Assembly: GCA_963739455.1 (NCBI GenBank)
Contig: CAVUAK010000001.1
Span: forward strand, 1,344,001 to 1,408,000
Source of the DNA: an uncultured Gemmatimonadales bacterium
Lineage (GTDB): Bacteria; Gemmatimonadota; Gemmatimonadetes; Gemmatimonadales; GWC2-71-9
Direction of reading: 5' to 3'
DNA: 64,000 nucleotides
The notes beneath the pieces are model-generated. The model did no database searches and had not been told where the DNA came from. It saw only the letters and a program-made list of their open reading frames with translations. This document shows positions 18,594 through 27,614 of the stretch, piece after piece; position 1 is the first letter of the stretch; each line of letters opens with the position of its first letter. Position numbers and translations under genes: made by a program.

Positions 18594-19820
18594 GTGAAGA
18601 TCTTTGGAACGCACGACGACGAACACGCGGGCCCAGCTCGCCACAGGTGGCGGAGCGGGCCCGGAAGGTGGCGCTGATGGCCGACGGTCACGTGGGCTAC
18701 GTGATGCCGATCGGTGGAGTGGCGGCCTACGACAACGCGGTCTCGGTGGTGGGAGTGGGGTTCGATATCGCCTGCGGCAACGCCGCGATCCGGACCGACC
18801 TGACGCTGGCCGACCTGGGCGACACCGGTGACGCAGACCGCTCGAGCCTGACGAATCTGGCCGACGAGATCGCCGACACGGTGAGCTTCGGCGTCGGCCG
18901 GAAGAACCGGGCCGACGATGCGCCGACCGATCGATCCGCTGTTCGAGGACGCCGCGTGGGACGCCGTGCCGGCCAAGCATCGCCAGGCGCTCAGGACCAA
19001 GGCGCGCCAGCAGCTCGGCACGGTGGGAAGCGGCAACCACTACGTGGACGTCTTCGCCGACGAGGCGGGAGCGCTGTGGGTCGGCGTGCACTTCGGAAGC
19101 CGGGGATTCGGTCACACCGTCGCCTCGAACTTCCTGGCGCTGAGCCAGGGCAAGGCAAGTGGGGCGATCGGGCGCCCGAGGTCGAGGTGCTGCTGTCGCT
19201 CGACCAGCCGCTGGGTCACGACTACTGGGCCCTGATGGAGCTGGCGGGTCGCTACGCCTACGCCGGCCGGGAGTGGGTGGCCCGGAAGGTGGTCTCGATC
19301 CTCGGCGGGCGGGAGCTGGAGCTGGTGCACAACCATCACAACTTCGCCTGGAAGGAGCAGCACGAGGGCGAGGAGCTGGTGGTGGTGCGGAAGGGAGCGA
19401 CGCCGGCGTTCCCGGGTCAGCTCGGCTTCATCGGCGGATCGATGGGTGACGATGCGGTGATCGTGCGGGGCGCCGACGTCAGGAGATGCAGCGGTCGCCG
19501 AGACGCAGCGAGAGGCGCTCTACTCGACGGTGCACGGGGCCGGGCGAGTGATGAGCCGGACCGCCGCGGCCGGCAAGCGGAACCGGAAGACCGGGGAGAT
19601 CCTGACGCCGGGACGGGTCACGCCCGAGATGATGAAGGGCTGGATCGCGGAGAAGGGTGTGGTACTGCGGGGCGGAGGGCTCGACGAGAGCCCGCAGGTC
19701 TACCGCCGGCTGCCGGACGTCCTGGCGGCGCAGGGCGACACCATCGAGGTCCTGCACACGCTCCGGCCGCTCATCGTGGTCATGGCTGGAGCGAATGAGT
19801 TCGATCCGTACAAGGACTGA
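18594..19820 (+). CDS. rtcB: RNA ligase RtcB (several apparent frameshifts)
   Basis: AAAGGAGG SD plus GTG. Motifs across frames: LMADGHVGYVMPIGGV, VGFDIACGN, QLGTVGSGNHY, VHFGSRGFG, HNHHNFAW, VRKGATPA, GGSMG, HGAGR, DESPQVYR. Confidence 0.9.
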
Positions 19821-19936
19821 ACAGCGTTAGGAGGAACTGCAGGAGCATAAGGAGGAACTGCGACAGCGGGTGCTGCGTGGGCCGTCCGCAGTTGCTGTTC
19901 CTCCTCACGTTCTTCTGTTCCTCCTCACGCTGTTCA
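19818..19936. repeat. Long imperfect inverted repeat (REP-like hairpin of AGGAGGAAC/GTTCCTCCT units)
   Basis: TGAACAGCG...CGCTGTTCA ends. Related copies at ~60027-60150 and (partial) ~57200-57235. Confidence 0.8.
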
Positions 19937-19940
19937 TCAC

Positions 19941-20015
19941 TGCTCCGTGGCCGAACGGATTCAAGGCACCCGGCTTCGACCCGGGAGATTGAGGGTTCGA
20001 CTCCCTCCGGGGCAT
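19941..20015 (+). tRNA. tRNA-Arg(TCG), atypical, no CCA
   Basis: Acceptor TGCTCCG/CGGGGCA, D loop with GG then A20, anticodon stem CCCGG/CCGGG with loop CTTCGAC, T arm GAGGG-TTCGACT-CCCTC. Confidence 0.82.
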
Positions 20016-20076
20016 TCTGTCCATCGCATCCATCGGTTGACACACGGACACTCATGCAGGTGGAAGGGAGGGGACC

Positions 20077-20578
20077 ATGTTGCTGTGCCTGGTATACAAC
20101 ACGACCGGAGAGCCGATCGAGCTCGTGCCGTCGCTCATGGGCCTCGTGCTTCACCTGCGGGGCAAGGCGGTGATCCTGGAGACGGTGCCGGGGCGGTTCG
20201 CGCGAAGCCCGCGACTCAGTCTTCCCGCTGCCGGCAAGCGTAGTGCTGCGACAGCACCGGCGAATCGGGTCACGCGTGGCGGCCCTGACCAACGAGCACC
20301 TGTTCCTGCGGGACGGGCACCGGTGCGCGTACTGCGGGCGGCATCGCCGGGAGCTTGGTGCACGGGAGCGACTGACCCGTGACCACCTGGTGCCGCGGTC
20401 AAAGGGAGGAGCCGACACCTGGCTCAACGTGGTAACCGCATGCAGTTCGTGCAATCACGAGAAGAACGACAAGCTACTGAAGGATGCGGGCCGGAAGCCA
20501 CGGGTGGATCCGTGGGAGCCTTCGCGAGGCGAGCTGGTGACGCGACGGCTGTCGGCTCGACAGGCCACAGTGGCATGA
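20077..20578 (+). CDS. HNH endonuclease (McrA/COG1403-like), one apparent frameshift near 20230
   Basis: SD GGGAGG. RDGHRCAYCG, TRDHLVPRSKGG.DTW.NVVTACSSCNHEK. Confidence 0.85.
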
Positions 20579-20590
20579 AAGGAGACGACA

Positions 20591-20905
20591 ATGACAAGCG
20601 CCCGAACAAAGCGAGAGGAGGGATCGGCGGAGATCACGGCAGGCAGCTACTTCGTGGTTACGGGCGCGCACTTCTCGGCCTGGGTGAGCACGGAGATGGC
20701 CCGCCACATCGAGGCTTGCCTCGACGCGACGCCGCGTCCGGAGTGGATCGCGTTCGTCGACCTCAGCGGAGCACGCATCCGCCTCCGAAGCGGGCAGATC
20801 CAGTCGATCTGCCAGAGCACGGTGGAGCAGCGCCAGGTGTATCGTGACTTGTGGCGCGCGCTGCAGCAGGAGAAGCAGGCCGATCGTCGGCCCGACGAAT
20901 ACTGA
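20591..20905 (+). CDS. Small hypothetical protein, 104 aa
   Basis: AAGGAG SD right after the HNH stop. No family recognised. Confidence 0.65.
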   Translation: MTSARTKREEGSAEITAGSYFVVTGAHFSAWVSTEMARHIEACLDATPRPEWIAFVDLSGARIRLRSGQIQSICQSTVEQRQVYRDLWRALQQEKQADRRPDEY

Positions 20906-20959
20906 GTAACGAGCGCGTGACGCGTCGACGCGCCAGAAAGGGGGTATTATGGTGAAGTG

Positions 20960-20984
20960 GCCTCCCGGCAACGGGAGGCTCTTC
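20960..20984 (+). terminator. GC hairpin (terminator of the tRNA/rtcB operon, or 5' hairpin of dps mRNA)
   Basis: GCCTCCCG-GCAA-CGGGAGGC followed by TCTT. TATTAT at 20945-20950. Confidence 0.5.
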
Positions 20985-21009
20985 ATCCAGCTTTTCAGGA
21001 GAGGTTCCC

Positions 21010-21573
21010 ATGTCACGTACCGCTGCCCCATCCCGTCCCGCTCGCCGCTCCCAATCGCCCAACGGATCCGCGGCGGACAGCACCCGGCTTTACACGACCA
21101 AGAATGACCTGCCCCACGATACCCGGGTCCAGGTCGTCGAACTTCTCAGCCAGCGCCTGGCGGATGTGCTCGACCTGCAGTCCCATTGCAAGCAGGCGCA
21201 CTGGAACGTGAAGGGTCCTCACTTCATCGCGCTGCACAAGCTGTTCGATGAGATCGCGGAGGAGGTGGAGGACTACGTGGACGTCATCGCCGAGCGGATT
21301 GTGCAGCTGGGTGGCGTGGCAGAGGGCACGGTGCGGGCGGTGGCTGCGAAGTCGGCGCTGATCGACTATCCGCTGGCGCTCAGCAGCGGCGAGGAGCATG
21401 TCGCCGCGCTCTCCGATTCCCTGTCGCAGTTCGGGCGGACCGTGCGGATGGGCATTGAAGAGATGGGCGAACTGGAAGACGCCGACTCGGCGGACATCCT
21501 GACGGGGGTATCACGCGGCATCGACAAGTGGCTCTGGTTTGTCGAGGCACACCAGCAGGGGCGCAACGGCTAG
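21010..21573 (+). CDS. dps: DNA starvation/stationary-phase protection protein Dps
   Basis: KQAHWNVKGPHFIALHKLFDE, DVIAERIVQLGG, DKWLWFVEAH. Confidence 0.93.
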   Translation: MSRTAAPSRPARRSQSPNGSAADSTRLYTTKNDLPHDTRVQVVELLSQRLADVLDLQSHCKQAHWNVKGPHFIALHKLFDEIAEEVEDYVDVIAERIVQLGGVAEGTVRAVAAKSALIDYPLALSSGEEHVAALSDSLSQFGRTVRMGIEEMGELEDADSADILTGVSRGIDKWLWFVEAHQQGRNG

Positions 21574-22565
21574 GTTCCGCAGCCGATCCGGGCCTTGCTG
21601 ACAATGAAGTTGTCCAGGTATCGCTCCTCCACCTTCGGGGCGCCGGCGTTCCAGTAGTTCTCGATGAACACGGCGTTGATACCGTAGGTGGAGTAGCTGC
21701 CGACCCAGTTGAGCCCGCTGCGGGTGGCATCGAGCTTTCCGTCCACCCAGAGCTCGAAGAGGCCGTTGGACTGGCCGGCGGTGTTGAGCTTGGCATGCGC
21801 TTCCACACAGTGCCATGCCCCGAGGCTCGGCGCGGTGAAGAGTGGGGTCAGCCCTTGGGCCCTGCCGAGCCAGCGGAGATGGCTGAAGTCGTTGTAGGTG
21901 GTGGTGCGGACGGTGCCGGCAGCATCAGTGCCGGAAGCGGGATCGATGAACAGGTAGTTGAAGGAGGGCGTGGTCCCGCCACTCCAGACATGGGCAATCA
22001 TCGCCTGGGCCCAGCTCGAGCTGGACACAAAAATGGTGGCTCGTGACAGCTTTTCCGCGCCTCCACCCTGCCAGTTGGTCGGGTACCGCACGAAGATGCG
22101 CCAGTAGACCTCGCGATATTTCGCGGTACCGCCATCCACGGGCCGGAAGTAGGGCTGCGGCGTCTTCCCGAAGGCGAGGTGCAGCGCGCCAGACGATGTC
22201 TGCGGCGTCGTCGCGTAGACCGAGCGCATGGCGTACGAGCTACCGACACCAAGGCCGGGCTGGCGGGTGAATCGTCCCCCCGCCTTGGCGAACTCGAAGT
22301 AACGGGCGAGCCGGTCGGTGTCGAAGTCATCGCACCAGATCCACTCTGGACGGGCGCGCGAACACTCGTTCACCAGCGAGGCGGGACTCACGGCGAGGGC
22401 GGCACCAGACAGCGTGTCGAGAATGACGGCTGTGTCGTCACCCGAGTCGCTGGACGCCTCACCTGGCACGGTGCTCGTCTCGGATGGGGCCTTGTCGCAG
22501 GCGGCGGTGCCCAGCAGGATCGACAGGAAGAGCCACGGTGCACGTGGCAGGCGCATTGGATTCAT
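21570..22565 (-). CDS. Hypothetical lipoprotein, possibly polysaccharide-lyase/LamG-like fold
   Basis: Lipobox-like TAAC, WIWCDDF, WHCVE, LWVDG, ENYWN, YLDNFIVS. Confidence 0.6.
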   Translation of the reverse strand: MNPMRLPRAPWLFLSILLGTAACDKAPSETSTVPGEASSDSGDDTAVILDTLSGAALAVSPASLVNECSRARPEWIWCDDFDTDRLARYFEFAKAGGRFTRQPGLGVGSSYAMRSVYATTPQTSSGALHLAFGKTPQPYFRPVDGGTAKYREVYWRIFVRYPTNWQGGGAEKLSRATIFVSSSSWAQAMIAHVWSGGTTPSFNYLFIDPASGTDAAGTVRTTTYNDFSHLRWLGRAQGLTPLFTAPSLGAWHCVEAHAKLNTAGQSNGLFELWVDGKLDATRSGLNWVGSYSTYGINAVFIENYWNAGAPKVEERYLDNFIVSKARIGCGT

Positions 22566-22676
22566 GGCACAAGGTAGGACATTGCATCCTGGCCTTCCGT
22601 GACCAAGGGCGCATTTTCATAGACATTTTCCAGACGGTTCGTCACACTGCTCCGTCACACTGTATAGGAGTGCCGC

Positions 22677-23600
22677 ATGCCAGACCGGGATCGTGACGCC
22701 ATTATCGCCGTGGCCCTCATGGCTGCGCTGTCCGACGGAAATGCCACGGTTGAGGAAAAGCGCCAGCTGCAGGCGGCCATGAGCCAGGCCGGCACTGGGG
22801 ATCTGGACGCGCTCACCATGCGCATCACCACCGGTCAGCTGAGCCTCCAGGACGTCGCGTCGCGGCTCCCTGACGAGTCGGTTCGGCGCGAGGCCTATGA
22901 GCTGGCTGTGCTGGTGTGTCATGCGGATGGGCCCGCGAATGCCGCGGAGGCGAGCTTTCTCTCTGCCCTCCGGGGCGCCCTGGGCTTGAGCGACGCGTCA
23001 GCTGGTGTCATCGATCGCGAAGCGGCGACGGTGAGCGCGGCGGCCAGTTCGGCGGTGGCTCCGGTGGGCAGCGGCACGCCGCCGTCGCCGGCCGGACTCG
23101 ACGAGCTGATCCAGCAGCAGGCGATCATCACCGGTGCGCTGGAGATCCTGCCCGACCGGCTGGCGAACCTTGCCATCATTCCGCTCCAGTTGCGGCTGGT
23201 CTACCAGGTCGGCCAGGCCCACGGACAGCAGATGGATGCGAACCAGATCCGTGACCTCGCGGGCGCGCTCGGCATCGGTGCTGCGGCGCAGGTCATGGAA
23301 GGCGCCGTGCGAAAGCTCCTGGGTGGTGCGGCCTCGAGCATACTGGGCGGACTGCTCGGCGGGACGGCGGGGCTTGCGGCGGGTGCCGCCGTCACGTTCG
23401 CCTCGACCTATGCGTTGGGGCACGTGGCGAAGCAGTACTATGCGCAGGGCCGCCGGCTCAGCACCGCCGACCTGAAGGCGCTCTTCGCCCGCTTCCAGGA
23501 GGAGGCCAAGACCCTGTATCCGAAGGTGCAGTCGCAGGTGCAGTCGCAGGCCAAGTCGCTCAACGTGCAGCAATTGCTCTCGGGATTGCGCCTGCCCTAG
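22677..23600 (+). CDS. TerB-like/DUF533 domain plus DUF697-like membrane region
   Basis: MAALSDG...EE, LVCHADG...AE, Gly/Ala-rich helices, FASTYALGHVAKQYY. Confidence 0.65.
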   Translation: MPDRDRDAIIAVALMAALSDGNATVEEKRQLQAAMSQAGTGDLDALTMRITTGQLSLQDVASRLPDESVRREAYELAVLVCHADGPANAAEASFLSALRGALGLSDASAGVIDREAATVSAAASSAVAPVGSGTPPSPAGLDELIQQQAIITGALEILPDRLANLAIIPLQLRLVYQVGQAHGQQMDANQIRDLAGALGIGAAAQVMEGAVRKLLGGAASSILGGLLGGTAGLAAGAAVTFASTYALGHVAKQYYAQGRRLSTADLKALFARFQEEAKTLYPKVQSQVQSQAKSLNVQQLLSGLRLP

Positions 23601-23673
23601 GGGGACGACGACCATCGCCACGACGTTCCGTCTCGACCAGCTGAACGCGGCCCTCGCGGGTCGCTACGACATC

Positions 23674-26101
23674 ATGGAGCCGCTGGGCCAGGGTGGCATG
23701 GCCACGGTCTGGCTCGCGCGCGACCTGAAGCACGATCGCCTGGTCGCCATCAAGCTGCTCCGCCCGGAACTCGCGGTTCCGGTGGGTGCCGACCGCTTTG
23801 CCAGCGAGATCGGCATCGTCGCCAAGCTCAACCATCCCAACATTCTCGGTGTGCTCGACTCGGGCGTCGTGCAGATCGACGGCGTGACCGCGCCGTACTA
23901 TGTCATGCCCCATGTCGAGGGTCCGTCACTCAGTGCACTGCTGAGCCGGGGCGAGAAGCTCGAGGTAAACGAGGCGCTGCGGCTTGCTGCGGAGGTTGCC
24001 GATGCGCTGGCCTTCGCGCACTCGCGCGGGGTGGTGCATCGCGACGTGAAGCCGGGCAACATCCTGATCCAGGCGGGCCACGCGCTGGTGGCCGACTTCG
24101 GGGTCGCGATCGCGCTCGACGCGGCGACGAGGGGCGGCCGGAACACGATGTCGGGCGAGATCCTGGGGACACCGGTGTACATGAGCCCGGAGCAGGCATC
24201 GGGAGCGACGCGGCTCGACGGGCGGAGCGACATCTACAGCCTCGGTTGCGTGCTGTACGAAATGCTCTCGGGCGACCCGCCGTTCACCGGGAACACGCCG
24301 CAGGCGATGATCGTGGCGCACCTGAGCGAGCCGCCGCCGCCACTGGCATCGAAGCGGCCGGGCATCTCGCCAGCGCTTGCGGCGACGGTGCATCGCGCGC
24401 TGGAGAAGAAGCCGAGCGATCGCTACGCCAATGCCGGTGAGTTCCGGGATGCACTCGAGCGGCTTCGCACGTCCATCGCGCTTCGCCGGCAGTGGTGGCC
24501 GACGGCGGCACTGGTGGTCGCGGTCGCCGCGTTCTTCTGGTGGAGTCCGTGGCGGCGTCGCGCCGGCGAGGCGGCACCGGGGGGGGAGACGGTGGTGCTG
24601 CTGAGCGGCTTCAGGGATCGAAGCGGCACGATGCGGGCGGAAGGTGCGGCGCTCGACGACGCGATGCGGCTCGAATTGCAGAAGGTGCCCGGGCTCAAGG
24701 TGATCGACGTTGGTGACCAGCCCGAATTGCCGGTGGACACGCTGCGCAAGCGCTACCGGGCCGACTGGATCATCCGCGGGGTGGTAGACCAGATCGGAGA
24801 TAGTGTCGGCGCCACAGTGCGCGTGGTGGATGCCAGCAATGGCGCCGAGGTGCGAAGTGGGATGCTGCGGCAGGCGTCGCCCGCCACGCTGCAGGCGGCG
24901 GCAACGGCACTTGGCGAGGAGAGCCTGTTCGGGACGGTGCGGTACGCGATGGATTCGGTGCTGCATAGACCGCTGGTTGCTCGAGCCTCGGTGCCGATAG
25001 CGCAACGGCCGAGTGCGCGCGCGCGTGCACGGGTCGATCGTGGCGCGAGCGAAAGACGCGCTGACCTCGGTAGGGCCGCGACGCATGCTGGAGGAACTGG
25101 CCCTTGCTGATTCCCTGCTCGCCGTCGGCACCGGACCGTCGTCCCTCCAGCGCCCTGGCGCCGTACGCCCGCGCCGAACTCGGCAACGACGTCGGCTTCG
25201 CGCTCCTGGCGGCGTGGCAGTACTTCCCCGACTCCACCTGGCTTCCGCAGCCGACCGAGGCACTCCTGCAAGGCGCTGCCATTCGCCAGCGAGGCGATCA
25301 AGCGCGCGCCCGAGTCGGCCGATGCCTGGTTCCTCAGGAGCAAGATCTACGGCTGGCTGCTGCTGGCAACGGCCGACACCGGCCTGGCGCGACAGCGCGC
25401 TAGCCGACCTGCGCAAGGCGAGTTCCCTCGCCGGTGGGCGAGCCGATATCTGGGCAAGGCGCGCAGACGTCGAGCACATGGCTGGCCGGTCGGCTGACGC
25501 GCGTTTCTCTGCGGAACAGGGCCAGGCGGTGGACTACCTGCACACCCACGCCGAGACGCTGCTCAGTAGTCGTGCCGGGGCGGAAATGGTATTGGGTGAG
25601 TACGGCAGGGCTCGGGAGAGTTGCCGCGCCGGGTCGCGCCAGTTTCCTGGCAATCCCTATTTCATCCCTTGCGAAGCGGAGGTGCTCGGCCGCAGCTCCC
25701 GGGCTCCGCGGGACGCCGCCACGATAGTAGCGCTCGCGGATTCTCTCGACGAGTATGGAACAGGGTACGTGTCACGCATCATGCCCGATGACATCCGGTT
25801 CTGGGCCGTTGCGATCCTGGCGCGGGCCAGCCAGCACGCCGCCGCCGCACGCCTGTACGATGGGGTCGCGGGCGGCTGGCACGGTGCGGTCGATGCTAAC
25901 CTGTTGTTGGAGGCCGCCTACGCGCGACAAGCCATGGGCGACCGGGACAGCGCCCTGGCCCTGGCGGCGCGCGCTGTACAGCAGGACCCTGGCACTGTCG
26001 GAAGCTTCGAGCGCCTTCGATGGTTTCAGCCCCTCCGCGACCACCCGCTCTTCTCCGCTGCGATGAAGGGGATCCCGCCGACAGAGGCTGAACGTCGCTG
26101 A
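23674..26101 (+). CDS. Ser/Thr protein kinase with TM segment and TPR-like C-terminus (frameshifted ~24960-25290)
   Basis: LGQGGMATV, VAIK, HRDVKPGN, DFG, GTPVYMSPEQ, DIYSLG. Confidence 0.82.
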
Positions 26102-26471
26102 CGGTGCCTGAACCGAGCCCCATCAGAACAAATGGCTTGTCAGTAGTGACATGGCGGTGGAGCAGGAGCTTGATCGCCCGCAGCGTGCCATTTCCCTTTC
26201 CCATCAAGATGTCCGCGCGGCTTCCGACGATCTTCTCGACCTCGGCAAGAAACACGGCCGGATCATCGGGATCTCCGTCCGGCTCCTCAAGGCCAGGGTA
26301 CGGGTCCGCAGGAGTGCTTTCCTGTGCGCGGCCGCACTCGACGATTGCTGATGCAGAGCAGAACTGCTTGCCTGGAACCTTGATGCAGATCTGGCTGGCG
26401 AACGTGTTCATGACTGCTCCGTGAACGAGTCCCTAGGGAGTTATCACCCCTCGCCGAAAATCGGAAGGCAC

Positions 26472-26504
26472 AAGAAAGCCCATGGGCCGTTTGGCCCATG
26501 GGCT
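26472..26504 (-). terminator. Intrinsic terminator of the amt-glnK-lipoprotein operon
   Basis: 12-bp stem AGCCCATGGGCC/GGCCCATGGGCT followed by TTCTT on the minus strand. Confidence 0.7.
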
Positions 26505-26527
26505 CCCAGTACCGATATGTTGGCCGA

Positions 26528-27182
26528 CTACTGCCTGATCCAGGTGGGCCTGAAGGTCGCGGGTCACCTGCGCCACCATCTGATCAACCATCTGCGCATA
26601 GGCGGCGTTCGGGTCCTTCCCCGAGATGCTCGGCAGGCGACCGGGGCTGACCGCCACCTGGCCCACGCTCTGGCTCGCGGCACCACTTGAACGCCAGAGC
26701 GTGCCGCCGGTGCTGGTGGAGATCAATCGCACATTCAGCTCCGCCGAGACAGTGGCGCCGACGTTCACGTCACCTGCAGCGCTGACACCGCCATGCGGCT
26801 TTGCATTCGACACTGCGAGCTGTCCGAAGAACACCGCGGGGATGTGCCGGTCACGCCCGAGTTCCTGCGCCGCAGCCGGTGCGTCACCAGCCGCGAGAAG
26901 GCGGGCCACCGCTGTGTCAGCGGGCCCAAGTTCGAGCAATTCGAAACCGGTCTGGCTGGCGAGAACTTCTTCGGCGAAGCGCTGGGTGGCGAGCTGGCCC
27001 AGCCCGTTCTTCGACTGGTCGGCGGAGAAGTTGACCAGGGCAATGCGGTCGTAGTTGCCGAGGTCGAGCCTGGGTGGGACCCGGGCCATTTGCGAGGAAC
27101 AGGCGGTGAGCGCCACGGCCACCGTTGCGGCGGCCGTGAACGCGCGAATTCCACGATTTTCCAACCCATTGATCGACAACAT
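26528..27182 (-). CDS. Hypothetical lipoprotein (TolB-N/CsgG-like); likely frameshift near the 3' end
   Basis: LTAC lipobox, RIALVNF, VRLISTSTGGTLWRS. Confidence 0.6.
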
Positions 27183-27236
27183 CTTGCCCTGCCTCCTGGG
27201 GGTTCGCCCCAGGAGAAAAGGCAAGAGACAGGCCTG

Positions 27237-27599
27237 CTAGGCGCCGATCTTTTCCGCTGGCGTGACGGCGGCCTGGTCGCGTTCCCCGGTGCGGATGCGA
27301 TGCACCTGCTCCAGGTCGAGCACGAAGACCTTGCCATCGCCCACTTCACCGGTGCGCGCAGCGGCCAGGATGGCCTTCACCGTCGGTGCGACGTACGGCT
27401 CCGATACGCCAATCTCCAGCCGCACCTTCTCCTGCAATGCCACTTTCACCGTCGTGCCGCGATAGGTCTCGGCGCGTTCGGTCTCGCCGCCGTGTCCCAT
27501 GACGCGGGACACGGTGAGGCCACGGACTTCGGCGCGGTACAGTGCCTCGAGCACGTCGTTGAGGCGCTCCGGCCGGAAGATCGCGATGATGAGGTTCAC
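27237..27599 (-). CDS. glnK: P-II nitrogen regulatory protein
   Basis: AIFRPE, YRG, RTGEVGDGKVFV, RIRTGE. Directly downstream of amt. Confidence 0.9.
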   Translation of the reverse strand: MNLIIAIFRPERLNDVLEALYRAEVRGLTVSRVMGHGGETERAETYRGTTVKVALQEKVRLEIGVSEPYVAPTVKAILAAARTGEVGDGKVFVLDLEQVHRIRTGERDQAAVTPAEKIGA

Positions 27600-27614
27600 T
27601 GAAGTGATCTCCGG

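Noticed and set aside
18594..19820. rtcB as a true pseudogene or programmed-frameshift gene
   Set aside because: Similar single-base shifts hit many unrelated genes (amtB, ku, ligD, uvrD, kinase, CDGSH) while catalytic motifs stay intact, so assembly indel errors are more parsimonious. Raw reads are needed, since rtcB has a high density of shifts.
18007..20578. Prophage or integrative element at the tRNAs
   Set aside because: No integrase, no duplicated tRNA 3' end and no phage genes nearby.
25896..26424. Gene in the slightly lower-GC gap after the kinase
   Set aside because: Candidate ORFs on both strands lack recognisable motifs and one overlaps the kinase. Cannot support a call.
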